From NCBI GenBank assembly GCA_964016885.1, contig OZ024765.1, positions 17,918,001 to 17,982,000 on the forward strand: 64,000 nt of DNA. The letters are read 5' to 3'. The notes under the pieces were generated by a model. It was not told the origin of the DNA, ran no database searches, and worked only from the letters and a program-made list of their open reading frames with translations. Both the position numbers and the translations under genes were made by a program. Source of the DNA: Eledone cirrhosa. Its lineage: Eukaryota. Shown here in pieces: positions 61,477-64,000 of this stretch. Numbering within the stretch: the first letter of the stretch is position 1; each line of letters starts with the position of its first letter.

Positions 61477-63305
61477 TCCCAACCACCATACGATCCAATG
61501 TCCAGCTACCCTTCCTGTTCACCATCAAACCACCACCAAACGACCATCAGACAACTATCAAACCATGCCCATACCACCACTATCCAGACATCCTAGCCAC
61601 CATACCATCCGATGTCCAGCTACCATCCCCAAACCACCATCAAACCACCACCATCCAGCCATCCTAGTCATCATACCATCCGTGTCCAGTTTCCATCCCC
61701 AAACCTCCATCAAACCATCCCCAGACCACCATCCAACCATCCCCATACCGCCACCATCCAGCCATCCCAACCACCATACCATCCAATGTCCATACCATCT
61801 CCTGTTCACCATCCAACCACCACCAAACGACCATCAGACAACTATCAAACCATACCCAAAACACCATCATCCAGACATCCTAGTCACCATACCATCCGAT
61901 GTCCAGCTACCATCCCCAAACCACCATCAAACCACCACCATCCAGCCATCCTAGTCATCATACCATCTGTGTCCAGTTTCCATCCCCAAACCTCCATCAA
62001 ACCATCCCCAGACCACCATCCAACCATCCCCATACCGCCACCATCCAGCCATCCCAACCACCATACCATCCAATGTCCATACCATCTCCTGTTCACCATC
62101 CAACCACCACCAAACGACCATCAGACAACTATCAAACCATGCCCAAAACACCATCATCCAGACATCCTAGTCACCATACCATCCGATGTCCAGCTACCAT
62201 CCCCAAACCACCATCAAACCACCACCATCCAGCCATCCTAGCCACCATACCATCCATGTCCAGTTACCATCCCCAAACCACCACCATCCAGCCATCCTAG
62301 CCACCATACCATCCATGTCCAGTTACCATCCCCAAACCACCACCGTCCAGCCATCTTAGCCACCATTCAATCTAATGTCCAGTTACCATCCCCAAACCAC
62401 CACCATCCAGCCATCCTAGCCACCATACAATCTAATGTCCAGTTACCATCTCCAAACCACCACCATCCAGCCATCCTAGCCACCATACCATCCATGTCCA
62501 GTTACCATCCCCAAACCACCACCGTCCAGCCATCTTAGCCACCATTCAATCTAATGTCCAGTTACCATCCCCAAACCACCACCATCCAGCCATCCTAGCC
62601 ACCATACAATCTAATGTCCAGTTACCATCTCCAAACCACCACCATCCAGCCATCCTAGCCACCATACCATCCATGTCCAGTTACCATCCCCAAACCACCA
62701 CCGTCCAGCCATCTTAGCCACCATTCAATCTAATGTCCAGTTACCATCCCCAAACCACCACCATCCAGCCATCCTAGCCACCATACAATCTAATGTCCAG
62801 TTACCATCTCCAAACCACCACCATCCAGCCATCCTAGCCACCATACCATCCATGTCCAGTTACCATCCCCAAACTACCACCATCCAGCCATCCTATCCAC
62901 CATACAATCTAATGTCCAGTTACCATCCCCAAACCACCACCATCCAGCCATCCTAGCCACCATACCATCCATGTCCAGTTACCATCCCCAAACCACCACC
63001 GTCCAGCCATCCTAGCCACCATACCATCCATGTCCAGTTACCATCCCCAAACTACCACCATCCAGCCATTCTAACCACCATACAACCCAATGTCCAGTTA
63101 CCATCCCCAAACCACCATCAAACCGTCCCAAACCACCACTATCCAGCCATCCCAGCAACCATACCATCCGATGTCCAGCTATCATCCCCAAAACACCATC
63201 AAACCATCCCCAAACCACCACCATCCAGCCATCCTAGCCACCATACAATCCAATGTCCAGCTACCATCCCCAAACAACCATCAAACCACTACTATCCAGC
63301 CATTC
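61477..63305. repeat. CCA/CCAT-rich minisatellite with 287-bp and 179-bp higher-order periods
   Basis: TCCTGTTCACCATC recurs every 287 bp; CACCGTCCAG at 62341, 62520, 62699; base unit 59-60 bp. Confidence 0.9.
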
Positions 63306-63324
63306 CACCTAAAAAAAAGAGCTA

Positions 63325-63650
63325 GTCAGTCTCAGTTTTAGCTTCTCCCATACCATGGGCCTTTTGGTCAATGGGTTTTCTCCAATTTGCATGATCAGAT
63401 GCGTCATCTTGTGTAGGTTCTCAGCCGAGTCCTCTGTGTGCCAGTTTTTCATGGGCCTCTTTTTTCTGCTTACCACTGATAGGATCAATCTCATTGTCAC
63501 AAGGGTTCCGGTACTCAGACATGCGTGGAATGTCTCCAGCCAGTTCCGGGCACCTTTCAGCGAATGTGTCAGTCAGCATCCTCTATTTCCTTCTCTTCAG
63601 CACCTTTACATTAGTAATCCGGTCTCGATTGCTAGGTATCCAGGCCTGGA
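63325..63650 (-). pseudogene. RTE-clade LINE ORF C-terminal remnant
   Basis: DRITNVKVLKR...ELAGDIPRMSEYRNP...RKKRPMKNW with stops and frameshifts. Confidence 0.55.
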
Positions 63651-63734
63651 TTAATGATTAAAGAAAATATGCAGGTATTTAGGGCATCAGGGAGAGACAG
63701 ATATAGACTTAGACAAGGACTTTGAAGTTCACGC

Positions 63735-64000
63735 GTCTTGAGACACATGAGGCAGCTAAATTGCTCCACTTACCAAGGTTAGTTACAACTATCAATACAT
63801 CCCATGTCTTGAGACACACGAGGCAGCTAAATTGCTCCACTTACCAAGGTTAGTTACAACTATCAATACATCCCATGTCTTGAGACACACGAGGCAGCTA
63901 AAGTGCTCCACTGACCAAGGTTAGTTACAACTATCAATACATCCCATGTCTTGAGGCACACGAGGCAGCTAAAGTGCTCCACTGACCAAGGTTAGTTACA
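63735..64000. repeat. 71-bp tandem repeat running off the window end
   Basis: GTCTTGAG at 63735, 63806, 63877, 63948. Confidence 0.95.

Overview
Repeat-saturated animal genomic DNA with no recognisable host gene exon and a 200-N gap at 2802-3001. The SINE repertoire and microsatellite load suggest a cephalopod such as Octopus (inference). Most listed ORFs are artefacts of (TA)n, (CA)n, (CACTA)n and similar repeats. Real coding remnants are retrotransposons: three distinct Penelope-like elements (PLEs) with GIY-YIG endonuclease sequence (18661-20940 minus, Naiad-like, frameshifted; 44902-47180 plus, 5'-truncated but open for about 560 codons; 30925-31964 minus, endonuclease only), plus CR1-, RTE- and L1/Tx1-like fragments. 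There are also many tRNA-derived SINEs (two tandem arrays), a non-autonomous Helitron, hAT-type MITEs and minisatellites. The most striking signal, read by eye, is that many short non-coding islands inside (TA)n tracts are PLE terminal-repeat remnants carrying type-I hammerhead ribozyme (HHR) motifs, about 20 motifs from about 10 sequence families. Many are fold-back hairpins whose inversion junction lies in the ribozyme core or stem II, and several families share non-canonical cores (CCGANGA, CAGAAGA). All structures were assigned manually and need computational and biochemical confirmation.
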